A DNA stretch of 64,000 nucleotides from Octopus sinensis (GCF_006345805.1 NC_043005.1:44020001-44084000); one strand, 5' to 3'. Shown: positions 11,462-25,407, counted from the stretch's first letter. Numbers and translations are program-made. Notes: a model not told the origin generated them from the sequence alone.

Positions 11462-12716
11462 TCATCATCATCATCATCATCGTTTAGCGTCCGCTTTCCA
11501 TGCTAGCATGGGTTGGACGGGTCAACTGGGGTCTGTGAAGCTGGAAGGCTTCGTCAGGCCCAGTCAGATCTGGCAGTGTTTCTACGGCTGGATGCCCTTC
11601 CTAACGCCAACCACTCCGCGAGTGTAGTGGGTGTTTTTTACGTGCCACCTGCACAGGTGCCAGACAGACCTGGCGAACGGCCACGAACGGATGGTGCTTT
11701 TACGTGTCACCGGCACGGGGCCAGGCGATGCTGGCAACGGACACGAACGGATGGTGCTTTTACGTGCCACCGACACGGGGCCAGACAGAGCTGGCAACCG
11801 GCCACGAACGGACGGTGCTTTTACGTGTCACCGGCACGGGGGCCAGCCGAGGCTGGCAACGGACGCGAACGGATGGTGCTTTTACGTGCCACCAACACGG
11901 TTGCCAGACAGAGCTGGCAAATGGCCACGAACGGATGGTGCTTTTACGTGTCACCGGCACGGGGCCAGGCGATGCTGGCAACGGACACGAACGGATGGTG
12001 CTTTTACGTGCCACCGACACGGGGCCAGACAGAGCTGGCAACCGGCCACGAACGGACGGTGCTTTTACATGTCACCGGCACGGGGGCCAGCCGAGGCTGG
12101 CAACGGACGCGAACGGATGGTGCTTTTACGTGCCACCAACACGGTTGCCAGACAGAGCTGGCAAACGGCCACGAGTGGACGGTGCTTTTACGTGTCACCA
12201 GCACGGGGGCCAGCCGAGGCTGGCAACGAACACGGACGGATGGTGCTTTTACGTGCCACCGACACGGGGCCAGACAGAGCTGGCCAACGGCCACGGACGG
12301 ACGGTGCTTTTACGTGTCACCGGCACGGGGCCAGGCGAGGCTGGCAACGAACACGAACGGATGGTGCTTTTACGAGCCACCGACACGGGGCCAGGCAGAG
12401 CTGGCAAACGGCCATGAGCGAATGGTGCTTTTACGTATCACCGGCACGGGTGCCAGACGAGGCTGACAGCGGACACGAACAGATGGGTCACTTAACCCCT
12501 GCTTTCTGATATATGATTTGATTTTGATTGTTCTCACTGGTCTTGCCGGGTCTTCTCACGCACAGCATACTTCCATAGGTCTCGGTCTCTGGTCATTTCC
12601 TTGGTGAGACCTAGAGTTCGAAGGTTGTGCTTCACCACCTCGACCCAGGTTTTCCTGGGTCTACCTCTTCCACAGGTCCCCTCAACTGCCAGGGTGTGGC
12701 ACTTTTTCACACACTT

Positions 12717-12747
<31 letters not shown>

Positions 12748-12790
12748 GATGAGTGTATTTTTCCCTTGTTAACAATTAACACAGAAAAAA
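11462..12790 (-). mobile_element. 5'-truncated RTE LINE: C-terminal ORF end, 3' UTR minisatellite and (GAT)n tail
   Basis: ORF 12534-12782 has GRGRPRKTWVEVVKHNLRTLGLTKEMTRDRDLWKYAV. The (CAT)n at 11462-11481 is a (GAT)n tail on the minus strand. Confidence 0.8.
11631..12480. repeat. GC/CpG-rich minisatellite, 14 units of ~61 bp with 244-bp higher-order period
   Basis: gtgcttttacgtg(c/t)cacc recurs every 60-62 bp; ccaggcgatg at 11721 and 11965. Confidence 0.95.
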
Positions 12791-12959
12791 TAGATAAATA
12801 GTTACCAGGGTATCAAAAAGTCACACAAGTAAAGAGGTTGTAACTCCTTGTTTTTTAAAGGTAGAAACTTCGGGTTAATGCGGAATTTTTTTGTGTCAGT
12901 TGTAAAAGTATTTGAATTATACCTGCGTTAAACTCCATATATATATATATATATACATA

Positions 12960-13555
12960 CACACATCAGGTGTCTAAGAGTTTGTAAGTCAGGGAAAAGA
13001 CGCACTCATATATTTGTCAATAGAGTGGGTATATTACTCAAAGTGTACTGTATTATATATCCATCACGGCTGATCTTACTCATCAGCTTCGCACAAGGAA
13101 TACGATGGAGTGTTAGGTAACAATCTGATTATATAACCTTACGTTCATCAGAGTTAGCTGATATGGAAAGGAATATGGTGACTGTTCTTTGTTGTTGGAA
13201 GTGAATGGACACATCCATTTTGCAGTTACTATGAAAAAGATGGTGAAACGAAAATGAGCAGGGGATTAGGTTTGGAGTTATGCCTCTTGATTGGGTTCAC
13301 TGTAACACTGGTAAGAGTTATCTTGAAATGTTTGTGGGAAATGCATGTGTTATTAAGTATGGTGCTCCTTTGGGGGTGGAGTGTGTGATATGTGTAGTGG
13401 TATCATGTGTATAATTTTTTGCCAGGAGTGTAGGTATATATAATTGTGTTCATCAGTCTGTTTTCTTTCTGTATTGGTTAAGATCAGGGGGAGCTTTATG
13501 TTAGCGTGTAGGGGTACAATGTGTGTGGGAGGGGTTACATATGTAGGGGTATATA
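12960..13555 (-). mobile_element. (TA)n-flanked element with degenerate HHR (13069-13158)
   Basis: Minus strand: GCUAACU-CUGAUGA-ACGUAAGG...CCUUGUGC-GAAGC-UGAUGA-GUA^AGAUCAGC. TA repeats on both sides. Confidence 0.4.
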
Positions 13556-13560
13556 TATAT

Positions 13561-13960
13561 CATCATCATCATTATCGTTTAACGTCCATTTTCCATGCTG
13601 GCATGGGTTGGATGGTTCAACTAGGGTCTGGAAAGCCAGGAGGCTTCATTAAACTCCAGTCTGATTGGGCAATGTTTCTACAGCTTGATGCCCTTCCTAA
13701 TGCCAACCACTCCGAGAGTGTAGTGGGTGCTTTTTACGTGCCACCAGTATGGGAGCCAGTCAAGGCGGTGCTGTTATCGGCCACATTCAGATGTTACTTT
13801 TTACATGCTACTGGCACAGAAGCCAGTTGGGGTGAGGGGTCTGGCATTGAACATGTTCAGATGGTACTTTTTATGTGCCAGCGGCATGGGGACCCCAACT
13901 ACAATTTCCATTTGATTGTGATTTGATTTCATTTGATGTTGACGTACTTGATGTACTTGA
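13561..13960 (-). mobile_element. RTE 3' UTR/tail copy
   Basis: Same catcatc..gtttaacgtcc..ccatgctggcatgggttgg..gatgcccttcctaatgccaacc terminus as 11462-11630. Confidence 0.75.
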
Positions 13961-14072
13961 TGTACTTAATATCATATGTCATGTATATATATTTGTATAT
14001 GTCTGTATACATACAGATTTAATATAAGTATATATATATGCATATATATATATATATATATACATCTGTGTG

Positions 14073-14117
<45 letters not shown>

Positions 14118-14543
14118 ATAAGTATGCATGTATGCATGTATGTATGTATCTATCTATCTATATATCTATCTATCTACCTATCTATCTATACACACACACA
14201 CACCAACATATTTTTCAGTGATATATATACACACACCACACTCACATAAAGTAATCAAACACACACAAAAAGAAAAAATGTTAAATTCTGATCAATTGGG
14301 ACCTCATTAACCACAGTTATTGTTTACATCTAGCAGCAAGTAGTTTATATCTTCTTTCATTTTGTGTGTGTTGTAAAAACTGTTTACAATTCATGAAGAA
14401 TCAATTGAGAAATGTACCAAACATCTCTTCATGTTAAAAACATAATTTATTTGACTAGAGTTCAATATGAGGTGTATACATACAAACATACATATATGCA
14501 TACATACATACATACATACATACATACATACATACATACATAC

Positions 14544-14586
<43 letters not shown>

Positions 14587-14660
14587 CATACATACATACA
14601 TACATACATACATACATACATACATACATACATACATACATACATACATACATACATACA

Positions 14661-15211
14661 AAGAAATAAGAACCCACAGTATAGTAGAAACCATAGTCAC
14701 TCATTATGAAAAGGAGTACTGGTGGAAAATCTCAGTGAAAACCTCAATAAAATGTAAACATAATAGATCTGACATAGTGATTTGTGATGGGAATAAAAAA
14801 CTGTATAGTTATGGAAATCAGCTGCCCAGTGGATGTTAACATAAAGCTAAAGATCAACACAAAAGAAAATACCTATGCTGAACTACTGAGAAATCTACAG
14901 TTTTTCTATGCAGATTAAAAGTTCAGGTATATATCTGTAATTATTGGGGCACTGGGATAAGTAACCTACTGCCTAAATAACAATCTTGAGAAATTAGGCT
15001 TCTCAAAACCAGAAAGGAGAAAGCTGATTTGAAGACTACAGATCCAAGTCATCACTATAACTGTAAAAATCTGTAAAGCTTTGCAAAAGTTTACCATTCA
15101 AATATATATGAACATGTCTAGACATGCAACAATATGCATGAGAATACATACATAAAACAAAACATATAAATTTGTATGTATACAAACATTGTTACATACA
15201 TACATCATACA

Positions 15212-15243
<32 letters not shown>

Positions 15244-15792
15244 CATACATACATACATACAAAGAAATAAGAACCCACAGTATAGTAGAAACCATAGTCA
15301 CTCATTATGAAAAGGAGTACTGGTGGAAAATCTCAGTGAAAACCTCAATAAAATGTAAACATAATAGATCTGACATAGTGATTTGTGATGGGAATAAAAA
15401 ACTGTATAGTTATGGAAATCAGCTGCCCAGTGGATGTTAACATAAAGCTAAAGATCAACACAAAAGAAAATACCTATGCTGAACTACTGAGAAATCTACA
15501 GTTTTTCTATGCAGATTAAAAGTTCAGGTATATATCTGTAATTATTGGGGCACTGGGATAAGTAACCTACTGCCTAAATAACAATCTTGAGAAATTAGGC
15601 TTCTCAAAACCAGAAAGGAGAAAGCTGATTTGAAGACTACAGATCCAAGTCATCACTATAACTGTAAAAATCTGTAAAGCTTTGCAAAAGTTTACCATTC
15701 AAATATATATGAACATGTCTAGACATGCAACAATATGCATGAGAATACATACATAAAACAAAACATATAAATTTGTATGTATACAAACATTG

Positions 15793-15823
<31 letters not shown>

Positions 15824-15963
15824 CATACATACATACATACATACATACATACATACAAAATACCCTGTTGATGTTGAATTTCCAATGAAGGAGTCTTGTA
15901 TCTAGGTTAGAAACTGGTTCTTTCTCTGTTGGCAAGAAATCTTGAAATAAAACTGAATAATGA
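14661..15963 (+). pseudogene. R4/Dong-like RLE non-LTR retrotransposon 3' end, with a 601-bp internal tandem duplication, embedded in (CATA)n
   Basis: Decayed translation KHNRSDIVICD..(frameshift)CIVMEISCPVDVNI...IIGALG fits the PD..E..P restriction-like endonuclease C-terminus. Segment 14661-15195 is repeated at +601. Confidence 0.8.
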
Positions 15964-16116
15964 CATACGTATATAAATGTATGTTGATTTCCCCTTCTTT
16001 TCAGAAGAATGCCATTCCTTCATTGAACCTTGCACAACCATGTGCATGCTGGTGACTCCTCAGTTCAGTTTCCATTCTGCAAGCACCATAACAGATTAAT
16101 ATTTGAAGTATTTCAA

Positions 16117-16390
16117 GGTGGTGAGCTAGCAGAAACGTTAACACACCGAGTTCAAATTCTACTCAGGTCGACTTTGCCTTTCATCCTTTTGGAGTCGATA
16201 AATTAAGTATCAGTTGCGTACTGGGTCGATCTCATCGACTGGCCCCCTTCCCAAAAATTTCAGGCCTTGTGCCTAGAGTAGAAAAGAATATATTTAATTC
16301 CACCAAGGTCGACTTTACCTTTCATCCTTTTGAGGTCAATAAATTAAGTGCCAGTTGCGTAGTTCTAACTAGTGTAGAAAAGAATATTTG
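16117..16390 (+). mobile_element. SINE family C with partially duplicated core
   Basis: ggtcgactttgcctttcatcctttt-gagtcgataaattaagta core is present twice. Confidence 0.7.
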
Positions 16391-16518
16391 AAGTATTTCT
16401 CTCCTGAGTTGTTACTGCATGTATCGTACCATGCCTGGTCAGACCACCAGCTGACTTGCAAATTAAGTGACACTCATTATAAATGTGTCACAGAGGATAT
16501 GATACCAGAACCATTTAA

Positions 16519-16941
16519 AATCTTTGGCATTTAAACCATCTATATCTGGCCAAAATATTCTGCCTGGTTTATGTTCAAATAGGACAGATCCAGCCTCTCT
16601 ACAATATTACCCTACAATATTATTCTAAGAATAAGCAATTATGTCATTGAATTCTCAAAGCTACAAGGTTATGCATGATTAAATCAAATTAATGTGAATA
16701 AATAAACGTTACATCTGACAGAAAAATCTGAATGTTAAAAGGTTAAACCAGCTGTTTCTGACCCAAATAATCTGCCTGTTTTATGTCCAAACTGATCAGA
16801 TCCAGCCTCTCACACTGACCCTAAGAAGGAACAGACACATCCACAAATTCTTGAAGCTGTTGAGATAATGTTTGATTAATTCTAAACAGTGTGAATAAGC
16901 AAGCATTACATCAGACAGAGTAGTATGAATTTAAAAAAGGG
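16519..16941. mobile_element. Two adjacent decayed TTAA-type (piggyBac-like) MITEs
   Basis: Both end in aaa(g)ggttaa; the body resembles 51824-52259. Confidence 0.55.
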
Positions 16942-17539
16942 TTAAAAGTTGCTTGATTTCTCCCAGGTTCTTGTGAGATTATCTGGTTGTCTAATCCAGC
17001 TCTTGACAGAAGAAATCATCCATATACACTGCACATACCTCAATTCCATTTGGACTTATGCAGGCACTGCACTTGAGTCTTACTTACAGAGTGAACACTT
17101 CAGAGCCGCATGCTCCACAAACTATTATTCCTAGACTTTGCACCTATCCTTTAAAATCTTTATCCCTAGTGCACAGTTTTCTGCCAATGTGACCCCAGCT
17201 ATCCACATCTATCACCAAAGCAGAAAGATTACCTTTTATAATACCCTTAAATTGCTTCCTGGTTTATGCTGTGGCCTTTTCCCTTTTGTCAGATCCCCAT
17301 TAAAAAAATATGCTTAGGCATCCTTCCATCTTCCATTCTCACACTATGACCAACATCTAGTTCAAACATGCATATATGTCTACAGGAGATGTGGGTTCGA
17401 ATCCCTGAGGCGACTTTTGACATTTTCTATTCAAAAGGGTTTTCCAGTCAAATATTTACAGGCTTTTATTTATATCTTTACACAAGAAAAAGTATATATA
17501 TATATCTATATATACACACATACATATATACAACAAGCT

Positions 17540-17682
17540 TCTTGTAGTTTTTGTTTACCAACTTCACTTACAAGACATCAGTTGGCCTGGGCTACAGAGA
17601 AAAACACTTGCTCAGAGCGATGTGCAGTGGGACTGAACTCAAAGCCAAGTGGTTACACAAACATTTTAACCACACAGCCATA
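17540..17682 (-). mobile_element. SINE family B head fragment
   Basis: acacttgctc..gtgcagtgggactgaactc..gtggtt..cattttaaccacacagcc. Confidence 0.6.
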
Positions 17683-18169
17683 TATTCAACACCCCACAAC
17701 CAACAACAATTTAAGTCCAATGATTCTAACCTAGAAGAGACAATAACACCATTTACAGTGCCTAAACCAGACTATGACACAAAAGCTATTACTAAAATCA
17801 TCTCATCCATAAAGAAAATATACAATATATAATCATAAAGAAAATATACAGAAAAATGAAAATTCCTGGCTAAAACAATTATAACTGAAGAATAGATATG
17901 CTTTTAATTATACATATTTAAAACAAAACACATTGATGTTTAGCTACAGGTCAGTCCTGGTTAAGCTGAGCTTTGGTCAAAAGTTTTCCAGTCATGACCG
18001 TCTAATTTCTTTCCCAGATACAGTGCACTGTGCATCCAGGACTACTTCACCCAATGTACGCATCCCTAAGGTGGCAGGGTGCAATTTGTGAGAGATTTGG
18101 CTGCTACTTCTAGCAGATAGATTGACTACATAGAGGGCTTCCTTCACTGGCTGTTTCATCAAAATACAT

Positions 18170-18431
18170 ATAGTGTGTGTGTGTGTGCATGTATGTGTGA
18201 ATAATATATACATACACACATGTATATATTTATGGGTGTGTATATATATATATTATATACACACATATATGTACATATGTGTATATGCATGCATACATGT
18301 GTGTGTGTGCTTGTGTGTATGTGTTCGTGTGTGTATGTGTGTGTGTATGTATGTTGTTATATTTGGGGATGGTCAAATAACCATATGCACTATACACTTG
18401 TTCTTCATTTCACCTTTATTATTATTTTTAT

Positions 18432-18483
<52 letters not shown>

Positions 18484-18494
18484 GTATGTATATA

Positions 18495-18573
<79 letters not shown>

Positions 18574-18630
18574 GTGCATGTACATATATATGTGTGTGTG
18601 TGTATTTATGTGTGTATGCATGTATATAAA
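18170..18630. repeat. (TA)n/(TG)n microsatellite
   Basis: Direct reading. Confidence 0.95.
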
Positions 18631-19819
18631 ACTCATATAGTGTTACACAACATTAAACAGACGTACCAGGTATTAAATAAAATACCAAAACCCATATAAA
18701 AAGAATCTATTCTCACCAGATTGTCCATGAAATTACTGAAAGACATCAAAGAATGGAACTAATCCGTTTAGTCATAGAACTGGTACCCCAAAGATTGGAG
18801 CGATTTTATTTCTCCAGTTACACAAATTACAAAGATGCTCTCTTTAATACTGCAATATTTCCTTAGAAATAGAGAATGATCTTTCCCCTTGTAGTCTGAT
18901 TACTGTATTGTTAGTATTCTTGTGTTAAATGAAATTGGCCTGGAGGTGGTTTAGATATCAATACAGACAGGTTGCTCTTGTCTTGTGAACATTGGCATCG
19001 GTTTGGGGGTGAAACATAGCATTGCATTTTGATAGAATACTTCCAGAAGCATTTAACCAAATAAAGGGATGAAAAGGAAGGCCAGAGCAACTGAATTCAA
19101 AATACAAGAATGATGATAATGATAAATAAATAAACTATAGAATGTTAGAGAGAATTATATAGAATTATTGTTAAACCAAACAAGTCGCTTTATTTATTTA
19201 TTTATTTGTTTTCCTTTCTTCTTTTTTTCTTTTTTCTTTTCTATTTTTTCTTTTTTTTTTACTTTTTTTTCCTTCTGAGAATTAACATTTTGTAGCAAGT
19301 ATCAGCCTTGCAAATGTCAATGTAGAATAACTGATTCTTTGAAAGATAAAAAGATAAAGGAGAAATAAATGGTGTGGCCGTGAAAAGTCTGTAATATCTT
19401 TTAGTTGAAATATCTTAACTCCTGAATGAAACGGAGAAATAGTGGGAAAGTTTACCATTTATTTTGTTATTTAAGTTTGGTCTAAACAACACAAATGATT
19501 ATATTGTATTTAATACATAGTGAACAATAAAGACATAGAAAAACAATTAAAGTAATTATATAACTCTACTCATTATAAAACACACAAAGATTTATAGACA
19601 TATGTAGTTTATATGTTGTTTAGAGATACAAATTCTTAGTATTTCTGAGCCATATATATATTTATATGTGTGTGTATGTATGTGTGTGTGTATATATATA
19701 TATATTTGTGTGTGTATTTGTGTGTATTTGTGTGTGTGTGTATTATATGTACAAGGGAATTAGTTTTTAATAAAACAATATATGGATGCCCATATACATA
19801 TGTACTTATATATCATATT

Positions 19820-20519
19820 TCATTGTCTGCTTTATCTCATATCCAAGAACTTAGATTCTTCTTTGCTGAATGTTTCCTTTATGGTGATGCTGTTGATGAC
19901 TCTGTAGACAAATTCTTGCATAAAAGAATTGATGGCACTGACTGCATGACAATTTTGGTGGAGGACGTGGTTGATTTTTGTCAAGCCTTTCTCTCCTGTC
20001 ATTTGATTTCTTGGATTTTTATTTCTGGTGGCTTCAAAGTTTTTGTTTCCAATGGTGATGGATCACTGCCACTTGGTTCAGTCTTGTGCTTGTGTTTCAA
20101 ATAATTCCAATGGTTTTCAGTGTTGATTTGAGTTGCTCCTTGTATCTTCAAAGAGGACATCCTCATGGATCTTTTCCCTGAAGTGAGATCACTGAATAAA
20201 ACCTGGCATGGGAACCTTGATGCTTCCATTGTTGCTACATGTCCTAACCATTGAAGACAGAGTTTCATGATCAGCAATTCATAGTTTGACTTTTGGCTCT
20301 TCCCAATTCTCTACTGTTGGTCACATAGTGTTCTCATTTGATGCTCAAGATAGAATGAAGCTTTTGTTGGAGAAGGCGTTCTAATCTTTGGATGTCATGA
20401 CAATACAGAATCAAGGTTTTATGGCCATGTAGCAAGGTTGAAATGACAGCAGCATTATAGACCACCATAATTTTCATCATTAAGTTAAGATCTTTGTTGT
20501 TGAAGATGTGTTTCATTAG

Positions 20520-20520
<1 letters not shown>
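19820..20520 (-). pseudogene. RTE (BovB-like) LINE C-terminal relic
   Basis: ORFs 20334-20522 (VVYNAAVISTLLHGHKT..RLERLLQQKLHSILSIK) and 19999-20277 (LQWLGHVATMEASRFPCQVLFSDLTSGKR) match the RTE post-RT motif LRWLGHV.RM...R.P..IL...L..G.R. Confidence 0.8.
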
Positions 20521-20790
<270 letters not shown>

Positions 20791-21257
20791 TTGCACTCAT
20801 ACATACATCATTTCAGGCATCCACGCATTGTTTTATAAAAAGAAAAATGCACGACTATATTTATATAAAGATATGTTGTTTGCATTTACATGATAATGCC
20901 AAAAAGAATTTATAAATGTCCATCAATCAAAAGTAAAATTGATAAAAATCCACTACTCTAAAACCTTAACTTGTTAAAAACATAAAAGACCCATGTCAAT
21001 ACACTGCATGTCTAATTTTCTCAAAGACATTTTCTAAGTGGGATGAACAATGTTAGAGCTGTTGTAAACAGAGAAGAAACACAAATGATAATAAAAATGA
21101 TGATGACGATAAAAATAATAATAATAATAATATTAATAATAATAATAATAACAACATATATTGGGAAACAGTTTTTAAAGGTAGTGGAGTTTACAGAGAG
21201 TCTCTCTCTGTCTTTTTCTTTTTATCTCTCTGTCTCTGTCTCTCTCTTTCTCTCTTC

Positions 21258-21297
<40 letters not shown>

Positions 21298-21739
21298 ATT
21301 TCGTTTTCGCTCTGCATTCTTAAATTCTGCAAAAACTTCATATTAGATAGTACATCTGTAAATTATGATATAAATATAAATTACTTGTCAAAAATATTAC
21401 CAGTAAACGATGTATTCTCCATTATCTGGAGAAAGAATTTTTGTTGAGTTGCATGAGTAAGCTAATCAGCACTAATTTACCAAACTATGGTACACTAGTA
21501 ATTATTTAGAAAGGAAATAGATGTTAGGTGCAGTGAGTTCATTAATATTTAGCTAGTTTTCTAGCGACAGTCATTCTGTTTATGGTGGGCAAATCAGCAG
21601 GCATCTGCAAATGTTATGTCAAGTATTCTGTCTAGTCTATTGCATGCCTAGAGGTTCTGAGTGTGATTATAGGGGATCTAATTGATTACATATGATTTAT
21701 TGTAGATGGTTTGTCATCAAACATAGAAGCTATATCTAG

Positions 21740-22335
21740 AGTAACAGTCGATGTTCTGAATATTTCAAGTGGTGTTGGTGTCACGTAAAAAGCACTGTTG
21801 CTGGTACCATGTAAAAAAATACTGGCTCTGGTGCCGTGTAAAAAGCATGGGTGTCGGTACCACATAAAAAATACTGGTGCTGGTACTATGTACAAAAAGT
21901 ACTAGCTGGTACCAGGTAAAAAGCACTGGTGATGATTCCACTCAAATAACTCTGGCACTGGTGCTATGTAAAAAGCACTGGTGATAGTGCCACGTAAAAA
22001 GTATTAGTGCTAGTGCCATATAAAAAAACTGGTGCTGGTACCACATAAAAAGCACTGCTGCTGGGGCCATGTAAAAAACACTGGTGCTGGTACCACATAC
22101 AAAAAAAAAACACTGGTGCTAGTACTATATGAAAAGCACTATGTTGGTGTCATGTAAAATGCACCCAGTACACTCTGTAAAGTGGTAGGTGTCAGGAAGG
22201 GAATCCAGTCATAGAAAACATGCCAAAACAAACAATGGAGCTTGGTGGGGCTTCCAGCCTCACCAGCCCCTGTCAAACAATCCAAGCAATGTCAACATGA
22301 AAAATGTCAACATGAAAAATGGATGTTAAAAGATG
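21740..22335 (+). mobile_element. RTE 3' UTR with degenerate ~38-bp minisatellite
   Basis: About 11 copies of cca(c/t)gtaaaaagcactgg-like units, then ggcatcaggaaggg-like tail ending atggatgttaaaagatga. Confidence 0.65.
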
Positions 22336-22339
22336 ACGA

Positions 22340-22565
22340 GCTGGCAGAAGCGTTAGCACGTCGGGCGAAATGCTCAGCGGTATTTCGTCTGCGTTACGTT
22401 GTGAGTTCAAATTCCGCCGAGGTCGACTTTGCCTTTCATCCTTTCGGGGTCGATAAATTAAGTACCAGTTACGCACTGGGGTCGATGTAATCGACTTAAT
22501 ACCTATGTCTGTCCTTGTTTGTCCCCTCTGTGTTTAGCCCCTTGTGGGTAATAAAGAAATAGGAT
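22340..22565 (+). mobile_element. SINE family C, near full length
   Basis: gagctggcagaagcgttagcacg..gagttcaaattccgccgaggtcgactttgcctttcatcctttcggggtcgataaattaagtacc..aaagaaatagg. CpG-rich, so probably young. Confidence 0.85.
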
Positions 22566-23035
22566 GTTAAAAGATGACGATGATGATGATGATGATGATG
22601 ATTTGTATGTGTTTTGCATTTGTTTGAGTTGGATGGAAAATGACAATTGATTTCTAGATTGAACTAATATTTTCTTTTTAAAAAACATTACTAGTTTTGC
22701 CTCACTTCTCAATTTAAAAGAGATTGTAAACATTTCTATGCCAAATAAGGATCCATTTTTATCATTGTTGTCCACATTTTTCATGCTTGTATGAGTTGAC
22801 TGAGACTTACTGATGTTGATCTTTACTTATATTCGAGAAAGGTGCTCCATTTCAACTATCTCCACGTCAGATCACTGCTGCCAAATGTTTTGTTTAGTGG
22901 ATATATATATATATATAAATATATATATGTACAATGCCATTGTTGCTGAAACTGTATGTAAGTGAAGATTGCAGATGCAGACACATACACACACACATAT
23001 ATATATATACTTATGTATGTATGCTTGTGTGTGTG

Positions 23036-23066
<31 letters not shown>

Positions 23067-23199
23067 ATGTCTGTCTGTATGTATGTATGTATGCATGGAC
23101 ATGTCTGTCTAGATAAGGCAGAACACAGCAGTCATCAGAGAAGCTACAGACACAGAGAAGCTGTTATCTATGCATTATGCAGCATCTCTATTTGTAGGT

Positions 23200-23650
23200 A
23201 ACGAAGAAAAGAACATGTATCAGGAGGTGAATTGAAATGTCGCATGACGGTTCACCAAAACAATGGTGTAACACCTACTGCAAGAGGTGCCCATCTTTAA
23301 GCCAAGAGAAATTGTCATTGTGGCTGTTGCCGGTGTCATGTAAATGGCACCCATGAAGTCGTAGTCATTGCCATTGCCGATTGCATGATCTTTCAAATGT
23401 TAGGCCTCACAGAGGCGATGACAAGTGACTGAGGCCTTTGGCAATGTTGTGCTGAGAAGACTTGTCAAACCAAGTGAAATTGTAGTCATGAGTTGTGGCC
23501 ATTGCTGGTGTCATGTAAATGGCACCTCTACCAGTGGCACTTAAAAGAACCCATTACACTCTCTGGCATTAGAAAGGGTTTCCAGCTGTAGAAATCATGC
23601 CAATTCAAACTGGAACCTGGTCAGCTCCTTGGCTTACCAGTTGCAGTTTT
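23200..23650 (+). mobile_element. RTE 3' end relic
   Basis: tgtcatgtaaatggcacc units and ggcattagaaagggtttccagctgtagaaa. Confidence 0.55.
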
Positions 23651-23904
23651 GTACCTTAGTAGAAATGATTGCACTGATTTTTATGCTTTTTAAAGTTCAT
23701 TAAATATTTTCCCCTCTTTTGTTCACTGATAAGCAATATTGATGAGTAGGTAATCAAAAAAGTGCTGGTGAGGTTTTTTGTTATACAGTAGTTGAACATA
23801 GTAATATCTGGTGAAGAATTCTTAATGTTAGCTGGGTTAGACATGCGGGTGTGTTAGTGTGGATTGTTAAGGATATAAAAGGAGTTTAATTGTGATGATA
23901 TTAA

Positions 23905-24133
23905 CCCTTTCATTACCATATTTATTTTGAGATGCTGTCTTTCTTTCAATTAATTTTAAATATAACAAAGAATTTACTAAAATAACTTAGTTATCGTTAG
24001 GAACATAAATTGTGATTAAGGATTGGTGGAAGATTTTAATTTAAAATTTAGGAAAAGATTTTAATTTAAAATTTAGGAAAACATTTGTACTACAAAGCCA
24101 GAGGCGGTTTCAGCCGGGATGGTATCAAAAGGG
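23905..24133. mobile_element. piggyBac-like MITE
   Basis: TTAA-CCCTTTCATTACC ... GGTATCAAAAGGG-TTAG. Same family as 51839-52054; contains a 25-bp internal tandem duplication. Confidence 0.7.
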
Positions 24134-25407
24134 TTAGGTCCCCTTTTTTTTTTATCTATCTTTATCTTAGGAATGTCTTGCAAGCCTGAAAGTCTCCAAT
24201 AAAAATGCTTCAGCATGTGTATTGCAGCCTAGTGCTTTTTATGTTTATGTTTATGTTGTATGTTTTATGATGCTTGTATCTTTAGTGTATTGTTGTAACT
24301 TATAAGAGTACAATTTGTGGTGAGCACTGGATTCATGATTTAACAATGTTCCTGCTATAGTTTTTCACTTCCTTTATTTATATGGATATAATTGAGGATT
24401 CAAAGTATTTTGTATTTGGGTTGCAGTTTTATCTCTTGTATTCTTGCAAATTCAATATGTGTTTGATAAACCGTTTCATAACGATGCCTTTACACTACCA
24501 GAGTAATTTAACTGCATGCTTAACTATTTCATATTATAACTGTACGGTACGGTACAAAGAGATAACCTTTAGTAGTTATTCAGCATTTTTTATGTGTGGT
24601 ACTTGATTTTTGGTGATGCTTATTTTTATTACTGTCACTCTGTGTGCAAAGAGATTGTTTTTAGAGCCAGGAATTTAGTACAATGATGGTGACATTCCTG
24701 GTTTTCTATATTATGTTATTCAGAACATGTTTAAATATCTTTTGGGGATTTTGCATTATCTGTAAATTTTGACTTTGATTGCGTCTATCTTTTAGGTGTT
24801 CTCTTTGTCTGCTTTGCTCAGAGACTTAGATTTCAAATTCTATTTGTTTTCATCAGTTGCTTTTTAGCCTCAAACCAGCTCCAGTGAAACCAACTAGTAA
24901 TTAAAATCATACCAGTTGGCCAGCTCGCCTTTTAGGTATATCTAGGACTACACTAGCTGAATGTCCTGTTTGTTTTTACAATGGTGGAGTGTGAACTAAA
25001 GGAGTTTAGGGTGGTATTTCTTTTAACAAGTTGAGTTTCTATGTAGATAAATAAAAAAATGTGTGCATTTTGTTCCAACTTTCTGTGTATATTTTTTGGT
25101 GTCTAATTCTGGGACAATATTTGGTGAGAGGTGGTGGATTGCTTACTGTTGAAATAATCATCGTTTGACTGGTGATCCCAGCCTTGTTTCTTGCATAGTG
25201 TATCTAGGAATACATTATGCAGTGTATTTTGCCATTTTTCAAAGATTGCAGGTTTATTTTTGAAAGAGAATTAGCTGCCAGTCCTTGTAAACTGAGAAAT
25301 TGCATTGAATTTCCCAAGTGTCTTTTAATATTCAAAGTTGAGGGCACAGTAATTGCTTTCTCAAGGGAATTAGCAACATAACTGATTCCCTCTCTCTCTC
25401 TTTCTCC

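Noticed and set aside
11631-12480. CRISPR-like regular repeat array
   Set aside because: The inter-repeat segments are themselves homologous (no unique spacers), the context is eukaryotic, and no cas genes are present.
11513-12509. 317-, 292- and 237-aa ORFs
   Set aside because: They are overlapping frames produced by the GC-rich minisatellite in an RTE 3' UTR; there is no sign of a real protein.
17390-17412. tRNA T-loop-like GGTTCGAATCCC
   Set aside because: Only 3 bp of T-stem, and no D-arm, anticodon arm or acceptor stem.
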